Of a stretch of 64,000 nucleotides of DNA, positions 50,971-63,398 are shown in pieces. Location: contig CM022679.1 in NCBI GenBank assembly GCA_012295275.1, positions 18,166,001 through 18,230,000 of the forward strand, written 5' to 3'. How positions within the stretch are numbered: the stretch's first letter is position 1; each line of letters starts with the position of its first letter. Origin of the DNA: Chrysomallon squamiferum (taxonomy: Eukaryota; Animalia; Mollusca). The position numbers and the translations under genes were made by a program. The notes under the pieces were generated by a model, which had not been told where the DNA came from, did no database searches, and was given only the letters and a program-made list of their open reading frames with translations.

Positions 50971-53900
50971 TCGTAATTTTCTAAAAGGCAGCGTAGGCAC
51001 AGAAAAACTCCACGGAATCAAAATATTAGATATCGTGAGCATTTATCAATATCCCGTCTGAGTTTGTGTGCAGAAATCCCAAGGAAAGAATATAACACGA
51101 TCCAATGAAAAGCGAACAAACGGTGCCCCCCCTCATGCAAAACACGATTTCTGTGGAACAGCTAATTGGTAAGAAACCGCAGCCGCTAATCGCGATATCT
51201 GCACATACCTAATATCAGTCACTTTTTTATGCATTTCCACATTAATATTGGTGTGCTACTTATTACTATTTAGTTGTTTTGTTGTTGTTGTTAAATTGTG
51301 AGATATGTTTATTACATTTTAATTTTAATTAGGTATCAACTTCTGCTGAACAAGCGCAGGAATTTGTTACCTGTGTTTAACAATGCTGGTATTATATACT
51401 ATATCATGATAAAAAAAAAAATATATAATCATTACAGCTATGACAAATTAAACATAATTATTCTAATGAAACAAACTGTAAAATTCACATTTAAAATTTT
51501 CTATTCAGATTACAATATTCTAAATCCTTAAGAAAATGCATGGAACAACTTTTGGCCTTTTAATTCTTTCTGAAAGCAGTTTAACTGAGATTTTGTGCTC
51601 TTTTTCCCTACTATGATTTTTTTAAATTTTTTTATCAGAAAATGATTGTATGCAGTAACTTAGTTTCTAGTTAAAGAAACTGATTTAAGTTAACCACCTT
51701 CAGAAGCCTAAAAGTAAACTTCTTGTAAATTCGATGTAGCATTATTTATTTTTGGTGTATTAAAATAAATGAAATGATTTAAAAAAAAAAAAAAAAAAAA
51801 AATGAAAAAGTGTTCATTTACTAGCAGAAGTACCTGATACTGTTTTATAGAAACAATAGCTTTTGGCCTGTTTTAGAGTTCATTATTTATGTGTCAAGCA
51901 TTTTTATTTCATGACATCTGTTATTGGTTTATTTAGACTATGAGTTGTAAATAATTGTTTCATAAAATGTTTACTTATTCAGAATTATAAATTCCTCAAA
52001 CCAGTTTATTTATGTACTATGATATTCACATAATGCTTCTATCTTTATATGGTAATATTATAAGTATGATGTTTGGAGTAACACTAGAAAATTGTCTTTT
52101 TATTTTGTTTGTCATCTGAGTTGGAAAGTGATGAACATGGCTATAATTATTTGCAGTTTATGTTGTTGCTTTTTATTATTATTATTACTTTTTACATTTT
52201 TTTTAGTTTGTATATCATTTATATATACATGTCACTGTATGTGTCAAATAAACTATTTATAAATAATATTTACCTTTATGTTACAAAGCTGTAACTTATA
52301 TGACTACATGCATACATACATATAATTGCAGCATTGTTACATTATTTTATTAACACTGTAGTTAGGAATTTTTAATCTTACTATTGTAATTTTGTTATTT
52401 TTGTAGTAAAATTTTAGTAATATACTTTCAAGTAAACTCTAAGAAGGCATATTGTAAACATAAACATTAATTTTATGAATAACTCATGTGAATTATGCAA
52501 CAGCTAGGTTTGTTATAAGTTCTTTTGACAGCCTGACGATAATAAATGTCTTTATTTCAATTTACCTGAGGACAGCTGACAGTTGTACCTGTTTGAGATT
52601 ACTAACAGTGACAGCAATATATGAAGACATAAATTATTTAAGATAGCCAAGAGCAAAATAACTGTTAGAGCATTACTTGGAAATAATCTTACTGTAAAAG
52701 TAGGTAATGCTTTTCTTTTATGAAAAATAACCCTTGGTTTTTTCCAAGTTATCTCTGTCTCTCTCTTGCTTGCTTGCTCTCTGTGTGTGTGTGATATATA
52801 TATATATATATATATATCTCGCACACACACAGAGAGACAGAGAAAACTCGAAAAAAAAAATGTATATATATATAGAGAGAGAGAGATTGTTGTATTTTGT
52901 GTGTGTTTTTGTGACCTTTGCAGAATATGTTTATTTTCATTTTTAGACGTTTCATAAAAAAAAAATAATAAAAATAAAAAAAAGAACATAAAGACATATT
53001 TTGGTAAGTTAAAATTTTGTAACATTTTATTTATTTATTTATTTTAATGTTTGATTATTTATTAAATATATTTGTGTATTAAATAAATATTAACTTTAAT
53101 AAATAGTTTCTAAGATACAACCTACAAGTTTGGAATCCCTATCTCTATATATTTATGTTTTATTTGATGTAGTATCTATGTATAAATGTTGTATTTTCAT
53201 TAATAGCTTCATTAATTTAATACTACTTATTAAAATATTTAAAAAACTAAAAGAATCCCTCCCCCCCAAAAAAAAAATTAATAAAAAAAAAGAACCAGCA
53301 TTCACTTATTGTTGATATTAATTTTTAACTGAACAAAACCCATTTATTATTATTATTATTATTATTATTTAAAAAAAAATAATAATAAAAAAAATCAAAG
53401 AGGAAGTCATTGTTTATTAAATGAAATAAAATGTTATAATATAATATAAAATAAAATAAAAAAGAACAAGAAAGGAAAAAGATCCTTTTTATGGTGTTAT
53501 TTAGTTTTAAAAGGTTGCTTACATATACTTTAGCAATAGCAACTATAACATTTTTGACAGCACTTTATTTTGGTAATTTAACTAAATATGATACAGGTTG
53601 AAGTATAATTTTCATTTTTAGCTATTTAAAGTTGTGAACTTAAGTAAATATTTTTAAATGTTGAAAAAATTATTTACTAACATATTTGAAAAAGTAGTAT
53701 TAAAATAATATGATCAGCAAGTTTCTGTATTTGGAATGCAGTGTATTTATATCAGGAGAGGCAAAAACCCCACAAAAAAACCATACTAGTTTAGCATCAA
53801 TTAATTTTTAGAAAATATTGGAGGAAAACATTGGAATAAATTGATGAAGTTAATTGCCCAGGATTAAAAAAGAATAAAACAAATCAGTACTAATCATTTA

Positions 53901-53990
53901 TTTAATATTGTAATAAACCATAATGTTTTAATAGGTAATGCCTTTTCTTTTTTTCATACTTTATTTATAGGTGCACCATTCAAAAAAATT

Positions 53991-56900
53991 ATGGATTGTT
54001 CAGAAAACAATGACATTCATCTTCAACAAATAAAAAATACAGCTGATCCAAAGAGATGTAATGACAAAAAACACAGTGACATCTCTGTGTCTTATGAAAT
54101 TGCAGAGGAGTTGGCAGAAAAAAATAAATCACAAAAATGTATTAAGTGTCGTTTGTACTATTACAAGTGTACATCTCCAATTCTTACAGAATCCAACCCA
54201 TTGCCTGACAATCCAACTTGGTTGGACAGATTCAAGCATGGATTCTTGTGTCCTCCTCATGGCATACTTGGAGGACTTTTGTTACTTTTAATTCTTTTCT
54301 TCACTTGGTGGGGAGTACTCATTGCTATTACAGATAAAGAAGCTCTTCCTGGAGGGAATTTGTTTGCACTGTTAGTGTTGTTTGTCACATGTTGGCTTGG
54401 AGGATATCTCATTTCATTTCTCAGATTGCCTCCATTGCTTGGTAAATTACTTATTGTTGTTAGATTAGATTTATATGTCAACTTGAAAATTCATTAAATA
54501 TGTTACTGCTGATAGATTGATTTATTGGAATAATTGAAGATTGATTATGCTAACATAAACATTTGAACTACAAGTAATTAAATAAAATTTCTATAAAGAA
54601 ATGTACACAGGCCTTGTTTTATCTCCTTTGATGAAGTAATCTTAATAATGTGTACTTAACAGTAAATGCAAATTTCAGTCATGTATTATATTTAAGAAAC
54701 ATTATGGCTAAATATAAAAAATATATAATATCTTTATTTTTAACTTTATCTTTAAGGCATGCTAATTGTTGGTGGAATACTAAGCAATGTTCCATACATT
54801 TCAATAGCTAAAGACATCCACCATAACTGGAGTACAGGTGCAAGGTGTGTCAAATTTTGAATCATTTCATTTCAGTTTGTTTATCTGATAATTTTCTTTC
54901 TGTTTATCTTTTAATTATTTAATTAATGATTTTTTAATTGGTTTTTTATTTTATTTTATTTTTTTTGAGTAAGAATAATTATTTTTAATACAAGTTAATG
55001 AGTTTTTGTACTTTTTATACTGTTACTTAATCCACCTCTTAATGTTTAAAACAGTTTTAAATTAACATCACTTGATTCTTTAATAGTGTATATAAGGTCA
55101 TATTACTAAATTTATTAGACAGATTGCTTTGACTGTGATCCTGATACGAGCTGGGTTAGGTTTGGATCCAAGAGCTTTACGTCGTCTCTCCTTTGTAGTT
55201 GTTCGACTTGCTTTCTCACCTTGTCTCATGGAAACCGTCACTGATGGAATTGCAGCTCACCTCCTGTTAGGGCTTCCATGGGAATGGGCCTTTATGCTTG
55301 GGTAATATGTTAGAAAAAAATATTCATTATTTCACAACTGTTTATCTTTATGGTATCTCAGGATATATAGATATTCATAAACATAATTACAAATGCCTGC
55401 AATTTATCTTCAGAATGTTAAAATATAAATACAGAAAAACGTCTTCAATCTTCAGTGTTTTACTACATGTGTGACACTGAAACTTTTTTCTAAATTTGTT
55501 ATTATAATATACTTTAATAACATATTTTCTTATTATTTTATTTAAACATATTTTTGTTTCAGTTTTGTTATTGCAGCAGTGTCACCTGCTGTTGTAGTTC
55601 CCTCATTACTTGGTCTGCAGGAGAGAGGTTATGGAATTGAGAAAGGTGTACCTACGCTTATCATTGCTGCTGCCAGTATTGATGATGTACTGGCCATTAC
55701 TGGATTTGGAGTCTTAATGGGAATTACCTTCTCAAAAGGTGAGATGCATTTCATTAACATGTAAAGAATGCAGTGCTATCAAGACAAAATAACTAACAGC
55801 TTATTTATTTAGTTTTAGTTTTTTCTGTTGAAAACAAAGTTTATCATATTTCAACTAATTTAAATCTATTTATAACGTAATCTCTCTAGACAACTGGACT
55901 ATGTATTCATTTTCTGTTTTTAGATTTATACTTTCAATTAAGAAGAAGAACAACAAATTATTTTTCGATGTCATTTGAATGTCATATATATTTTTTAATA
56001 TTATAATTATTTATTAGTTATATATTTTACAACTGTATTGTGTTATAGTGTTTATAATATCTGATCTTGTTTGTTCCTGTTTCAGTAAATTTTGTTATTA
56101 TTTTTCAAAGAAATTAATATTTAAAAGCTTTATTCCTTCTTTTTCATTAACCTACCATTTGATATAAGTATTTGTTATTACAATCCCTTTGTGTACATTT
56201 ATTTTGGCAATGGTTACAGTGTTTCACACATAATCAATTCATTGACAAATCTAAAGACAATTATATTGCTGCTGTAACTAAGAGCAGTGAATCCTTTTCT
56301 GTATCAAACATTTAATATGGTCTTTGCTACAAAAAAGTAAATGAAAAGTAGATTTAGCAATATGTACCATTTAATATTTCATTCTGTTAGAATGTTACTC
56401 ATATTAATTCTTTTGTCATAGGAAACCTTGTATGGACCTTATTTAAAGGACCCATAGAAGCTATTGTAGGTGTGATTTATGGAATTACAGTTGGCATAAT
56501 ACTTTGGTATATTCCTCAAAAATCAACTGTGAGTAGAGAAATCTTGATTTTTTTGTAGTTCTTTCAACATAAACATTTGTTTTTTGTTTTAAGTATATAA
56601 ATGTATATCTTGTAAACCATGACTTTACATAATATGTTCATTAATAAATTGATACCAACTAACGCCTTTCACAAAAGCCTTTCAAATAACACATTTTCAT
56701 TAAAATACTGCAATTAGATGTTGTAGATCTAGTGATTATTACATCTTGTTTGTACATTCTTGATTAAAAACAGCACAAAACATCATGGATTTAGAATTTT
56801 ATTCTATTATTATTTCCTGATAATTTTTTGTTTGTTTTAATTTTGCACTTAATTCAGAAAAATCTCATATTGTTCCGAAGTACACTTCTAATGGCCTTTG

Positions 56901-57135
56901 GTCTTCTGGCTGTTTTCCTATCCATTTATTTTGAATGGTCAGGAGCAGGCCCTCTTGGATGCCTTTCGTTGGCTTTTGTTGCTGCACTGAAATGGAGAAA
57001 TGAGGTGCATCCAGACAATAAGGTACTTGTTACTTTATTTAGAATGCCATTAGAAGTTGGAGATGATAGTTAATTGTTATTTGACTTTATAAAACTATTT
57101 ATTATTTTTGCAAAATAATATATGTGAGTATTAAA

Positions 57136-57172
<37 letters not shown>

Positions 57173-60100
57173 AAAGAAAAGAAAATGACACCATCAGTAA
57201 ATAGGGATGGACTGGAGGATTCTTCTGTTAAAAACAGAATGCTAAAAACTTAAAAACTGTAATAGTTCAAGACCTTTCCACTAAATTATCATTCTTACTG
57301 GAGCACAAAAAATAATGGTAGAAAAAGTGTTACTGTTATTTGTTTCTTTGTTAATTTTATAATATTTATGCACAGAATTCTATTGAGGATGTTGTTGGAG
57401 TGTTGTGGATGATATTTCAACCTTTGCTCTTTGGTCTGATTGGAGCTGCTATTACTGTCAGTGACATCGATTCAAACACAATTGGTACACTTAAACAATA
57501 TAGATAATACATAATTAGGAAAATATATGAAATGTAATTATCTTAATCCAGATAACATAATCCTTATTCTTTTTTTTATATTAACATTCATTATTTGGAT
57601 TTCTTTTTTTCTCCTACAATTAATTTCTTTCATTATTTTTGTTTGTATAAATTATGTAAAAATGCAGATAAATATTTATTTTATGTAATATTACTGAGAG
57701 AATATTATACACATTTATCTATTTTTTAAAAGAAAATGTAGTTTATTATTATGCAGGGTAAGTGCTAAAAGGTCATATCTATATAAATTTTAAAAATGAC
57801 ATTTAATTTTGGCCTTATAATGAATGATCCTTGAATCTTTTGGAGATAAAAAATGTTTGTACATAAAAACTTTGCTGGTGTCATTTTGAGGTCTGTATCA
57901 CTTTCCAAATGACCAATAAAAAGCATGTACAATGTGTCCTTTTAAGCAAAATTTGGTTAATGCTATTGACTGTTTTGTTGTTTTTTTCTCTTTATTTTGA
58001 TAATAAGCTCTTGGAGTTGCCACACTGGGTATTGGTCTGGCAGTACGAATGACAGTATCATTCTTTGCAGTTTTCTGTACAAATCTCAATTTTAGGGAAC
58101 GTTGTTTCATTGCTATTGCCTGGCTTCCAAAAGCCACAGTTCAGGTAAGTAATAATTGTAGACTGTGAATAATAGAGATATGGCAACTGCCAGATTTTGG
58201 ACAGTCAGAACTTGTTGAAAAAAAAAATTAAAATTAAAATGACAATTCTGAAGTGGTAGAAACATCTTTCTGTGCCATGCTGCTGTAGCTTAAGTTTTAA
58301 TACAGGTATGCTTTGTTCATTTGGGTCAAAAGTAAATTCAGGCATTTCTCTGAAATAACACAATCATCTGTAACTAATGGTGTTTTCTTCAGATGTTTGA
58401 AATTAAAACAGATTAGCTCTGTTATAAACCTGTCTACATCTTCATTTGGTAAAAGAGAAACATCCAAATATCTATTAAAATATTTCTAAACAGTTTATTT
58501 TATTGGTTTCTTTTCACAATTAAATTTTTTGTATTCAAGGCTGCTGTAGGAGCTCTTGCTCTGGACCAGGCAGTTCAACGTAAAAAAAGTGGAATGCAGA
58601 ATGAAGATGAAATCAGATATGGCAAACAGGTCAGTCATGTTAAACATGACACATATATGATATTCTCAGTCAGTTTTAAACAACTACTTAAAATATATTT
58701 TTATTTCATTCTCAACATAAAATTCTGACCATTTAAAATTTGCTACATATTGTACAAAGTAATAATAATAACAATAATAATAATAATAAATAAATAAATA
58801 AATAATTAATTAATTAATGCACATAACATAACTAGCATTTTGATATAAGAGAAAACTGAATACTTTATCTACTGCCTTAAAATTGATATAATTATGTTTG
58901 AAATAAATGTATACTTGGATGTTAAGGTTGTACAGGGTTTCTGCCTGAAGAATAGCTGTGTAGAAAAACCTATCCTAAAATTTTCCAAGGGTTGAAAAGC
59001 CTACCATGACATTTGATGAACAAAACAAACAAAAAATGTTTAACCTATATATTTACTCTAATAAAACTAAGGAAGGCCTTGTGATGGCAAAAAGTACCAT
59101 TTTGTCATGTATGTAATTGACGGGACGCTAAGATGCTTGTTGAGATTACATAGTTTTTGTTACAACCTGCCCAGTACTGTAGATCTACAAAACAAATAAT
59201 GTAATAATCATAACTCCAGATTGACAGATGAAATATTTGAGAGTTGATTAAACTACCTGTCTGCACTTGTCAGCAGATAAACTGTCAAATATTTCATCTG
59301 TCTCTCTTTCAAAGACATTGATATTTATCTCTGTTTTATTTACAAGCAATCAAAATGAATATTAACATTATGTATTAATCATTTTAAATGTCTTGTCAGC
59401 TCTGGTCGGTCATTAATGGGTGCCAAATGGCATTACACAGAAAATACTGTAGACTGCTGAACATTTTGGCTTTTATGTATATATAGCCAAGCACATCTTT
59501 CAAGAAATCCTTGATTGTTTTGTTGAGCACATGAATGATAATTTTTTTTTTTTTTTTTTTTTAATCTGAAGTTACGATTATACAATATATTTTCTTTTGT
59601 AGACCTACAATAATGGGCAGGTTGTCATAAAAATGCTGTAAGCAACAAACATGAAATTGTACTGTCAAAACTCTCATGGGTCACCCATTACCAAATTCCT
59701 TAATTTTTTGTGGCAGAAACCCTGGGTGGTGGTGGTATTACTAAATGTTGGTTTGTTATTGGCAGTTGTTGAATGGATTTTTTATTTATTTAATTTTTTT
59801 TTTATTAAACTAGATTTTATTTAATGTTACTGGCATGGTTCATATGAATATTTTAGTTAAGTATTTTTGAAGATCCAATTCTCTAAAACACAAATCACTT
59901 ATTGTTAATATTGTAGGTAATTTCTGTTGATAATTAGAGATATTTTAATATTACTGAGTAAATAAAATGATTATATATACCAATTCATTTTTGGTAACAC
60001 AAGTCTGTATTATTTAACACATTACTGTTTATTATGAATGCAGCATTTAAAAATTTAACTTAATAGTGTGTTAAGAAAGAAAACAAAATTTCTCCAAATA

Positions 60101-61303
60101 TTGTAATATTAAAGTTAAAAAACCATTTTTACTGTAATTTTTTAATCCTTCACATTAAATTATATATTGTTATTTAATGTCATCAATTTCTATTTCATAA
60201 GATAATTATTTTTGTCTTTATAATGTAGTTTTTTCATTACTTATTTTTTGTTGTTATGCTAATTTTATGCATACAGTAATTGATACTTAGCCATGCTTTG
60301 GTTTAAGGTGAATACTTCTGCATGTAGCTGATTTGGTGATTGTTTCTAGTGTTTAAAAGGTGCTATACTTGCAAAACAATAACAAAACTACAACAGTTGT
60401 AACCAATTCATTTATTTCCTATTTTATGTAAATCATAATGAAAAAAAATGTCAGTTAATTGTTCATTATACAGATGGGATTTAGTTGTGCATTCTTATAA
60501 GGCATACTGATAATGTAATTGGTAGGCCTATATTTTAATTTATTTTTCAATATTGTAAGAGATCCAGCAGCAAATAATACTGAATGCTTTTCAGTGTTTG
60601 AATGGAACTACTCTGTAAACAAAGAAGAACATTTCAGCATTTTGCTTTTTATAAAACTATTAAGAAAATAAATAAATAAATACGAATAAATTTAGAAATT
60701 ACAAAAACCCGTGATATTTGTTTTATTGTAGCCTAATAAATTATTAACTGCATCATTTGAATTGCATTGGATAACACTGTTTTAAATGTATTCCATTTAA
60801 AATAATTAATTATTATTCATGGGTGCATGTCTAATTACTTGGCAAACTAAATGGACTATTTGCATGAAAATACATTAAAAATAAAAATAATAATAATAAT
60901 AAAAAAATATATAATTATAAAAGTGACATTCAAGCATATGATATTTTAAAAACTTTTTAAATTTCATCTTATCAAAGAGTGAAAGAAAAACAATTTATTT
61001 ACTTTTATATAATAATTAAAAAAAAAAAAAAAAACGTTTACATATATTAAGCCTTTTAAAAATAACTGTTTAAAAATTTTGTTTTTCACAACATAACAGC
61101 TCCTAACAATTGCAGTGTTAAGCATTCTGATCACAGCTCCTCTGGGTTCTACTGCCATCAACATACTGGGTCCACGCCTGCTGAAATACAGAGTTAAAAC
61201 CATACAGATAGATGTTGAAGAGATGGAAAATAAACAGTGTTTCATCAATGACAATCACAGTGGAGAACAGAATATACTTGTTAATGCCAAAGATGAAACA
61301 TGA
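53991..61303 (+). CDS. SLC9B2: Na+(Li+)/H+ antiporter NHA (SLC9B1/2 family), paralog 2, 10 coding exons, about 569 aa
   Basis: Exons 53991-54441, 54757-54844, 55119-55301, 55563-55738, 56422-56528, 56858-57022, 57376-57484, 58008-58144, 58540-58629, 61100-61303 (GT-AG, in phase, 1710 nt). Motifs AVSPAVVVP, AASIDDVLAI, FQPLLFGLIG, WLPKATVQAAVG, SILITAPLG. Internal exon lengths are identical to paralog 1. Confidence 0.95.
58933..59724. mobile_element. hAT-like non-autonomous element in the last intron of NHA paralog 2
   Basis: Perfect 13-bp TIR CAGGGTTTCTGCC/GGCAGAAACCCTG; inner ~60-bp inverted repeats (59160-59222 vs 59563-59627) and a 23-bp hairpin (59223-59302). No clean TSD. Confidence 0.65.
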
Positions 61304-62587
61304 TTAAGATTAAAATATGTTAAATTGATCTAGATGCTTCAATACATTTCCGATTGTGTCAGTATTTTCATACTCCTAATCAACTACTTTGGAAAGTAGT
61401 TTTAGATAATCTGAATAAACTGAACAAATATTTTTCCTTAAAAGTTAATTAGGTACTTCAGTTAACATATTTTTATTGTAAAATAATTAAGTTTTATTCA
61501 GTCATATAAACTGATACTAGAATGTGATAAATTGTTAATTATTTCTATTTTGAAATATCATTAGGGGTAACTGGATGTTTCTTGAAATCTTAACAGACCT
61601 CTTGGATCATCACCAGATTTGTAAATTTATATTTATTTTCCAGTTCTTTGTTGATATTGCAGTTTGAAATTAATATGAAGTAATACTACAACTCCTGCAA
61701 CTGGCAGTGTTATGGAGGTTGACACTTACTTATTAATTAAATGCAGAAATGTTTTTAGATTTATTACGTGTTTTTTTTCTCCTGTTTTTCTAGTTGTAAA
61801 ATTGTCTTTGTTCACAGCAGGTATTTAGGTTTTTTGATGGTTGTTGTTTTTAATATAGCAAAGGTTGTTGTATAAATTCATTTGATCATTTTAGTTACCA
61901 TTTTCTTGCTTGTTTCTTTAAATTTTATTTGTAGTGTTGACCTAGTCATTTTGTTTTGGTTTTTGTTTAGGTGTTTTTTTTGTTTTTTTTTATTCCAGTT
62001 GATTCAGTGTTTTCATCCTTTTTATTTTTTGGCAATATTTTTATTCTATCTCTGACTGAAATTCTATAGTTAAAGATTTTGCTAAGTTTCATGAATTATT
62101 TTTGTCATCAGGTGCTTTAAATTTGCTCAGAGCCTAATTTGCCATTTTTATTTTTATTCAGTGTTACATACTAATATGTTGTTATTTATGTATTTATAAA
62201 AAGCATGGGTGATATTTGTTATGTGCCGTTAAAATAAATATCTTTGCAAACTGAAGATACCAATTTTATATCTCTACAGGTTCATTTGGTGAAAAATGCT
62301 TGGTTAATAATCACCTTACTTTTATATTTTGTTTTTCTATCCCTCTTTTTTATCTGTTTCCATGAAAATACTAGTTACATAATAATTTTTTTCAGAACAA
62401 AAAAATAATATATTACTACTGATTCATAGCTTTAAATTCTTAACATGCATTTAAAAACATTTTGTTTTTATAATAATAAACATTTACAGTATAATGTTTT
62501 TCTTGGTTATTTATTGATTATCTATTTTTTAAACTTTTTTTTAATGTTTTTGTTTGAAATTTTCTTATATTATAATTTATATACATA

Positions 62588-63398
62588 CCGTATATACTTG
62601 TGTACAAGGCGACCTTATGTATAAGTCGATGTGTATTTTAAGACCAAAAATTGTGTCATTTTAGGTATTACTTGTGTATAAGTCGACTGTAGATTCCAGG
62701 CACCGTCACTATTTTTAGACCAGTGTGACAGTGCCATGAAGGCCTACATTGTACGCCTACTGTAACATAACTTGAATGAGCTGTAACTTGCACGAACATA
62801 CCATAATAATGTAAATGCATGTATTACACGAGCTATAGCCTAAATGTATCATATATAGTATCTCTTTAATGTAATAGGTCTAACATGGAAACCTAACTTA
62901 GCGTTATATTTAGCCGTTCTATGATTTACAAAATTTGTTGGTAGTGGATATTAATGACGATTGCAATATTATTTCACCAAATTCTTTACAATTAAACAAG
63001 TGAATTTTGTTTATGAAATTAGGACCGATATTTAGTGCAATTTGGCAGAGAAGTCTGCATTCCTAGATCATTGCAAGACGCCGTAAGGCATAACGCCGTA
63101 CTGACGGTTTTCTCGCTTTAAGATGCATTTTTATGTCATTAAATGGAAGAATATCATGTTTTACATTCATATTTGGTTTTGTTATATAATCTTTCAAAAA
63201 AAAATTTTTATACGATAAAATTATATTTTTGAAAAGCTGAAAGACCGCGATTATTTTAGATGCATCCCATAGCAAAAAATAGTCAAAATGGTGACTCTTC
63301 AGCAACAGCTACAAAAGCATTACCTATGTATAAGTCGACCCCAAAATATTACCTTAATATAGTCTCCCAAAAATTCGACTATACACAAGTATATACAG
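62588..63398. mobile_element. pogo/Tigger-type non-autonomous element
   Basis: TA|CCGTATATACTTGTGTA...TACACAAGTATATACAG|TA with repeated subterminal GTATAAGTCGA motifs. Confidence 0.85.

Larger units (their letters stand above)
41966..51211. mobile_element. 9.25-kb composite foldback DNA transposon (hAT-like TAG termini, 7-bp TSD)
   Basis: ATATCAG|TAGGTATGTG at 41959-41975 and CACATACCTA|ATATCAG at 51202-51218. A second copy of the terminus lies at 42148; inverted arms span 42148-46529 and 46866-51211. Confidence 0.85.
46866..51211 (-). repeat. Right arm of the giant inverted repeat (~4.35 kb)
   Basis: Mirror of 42148-46529; differs by scattered substitutions, homopolymer lengths, a 40-bp indel and a 13-nt insertion. 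Confidence 0.97.

Noticed and set aside
42148-51211. Simple TA-flanked Tc1/mariner-type foldback
   Set aside because: The TA belongs to the TAGG terminus, and the true outer left end with matching TSD is at 41966.
52552-53025. 157-aa and overlapping ORFs
   Set aside because: Derived from (TA)n/(GA)n/(CA)n microsatellites and poly-A/T runs.
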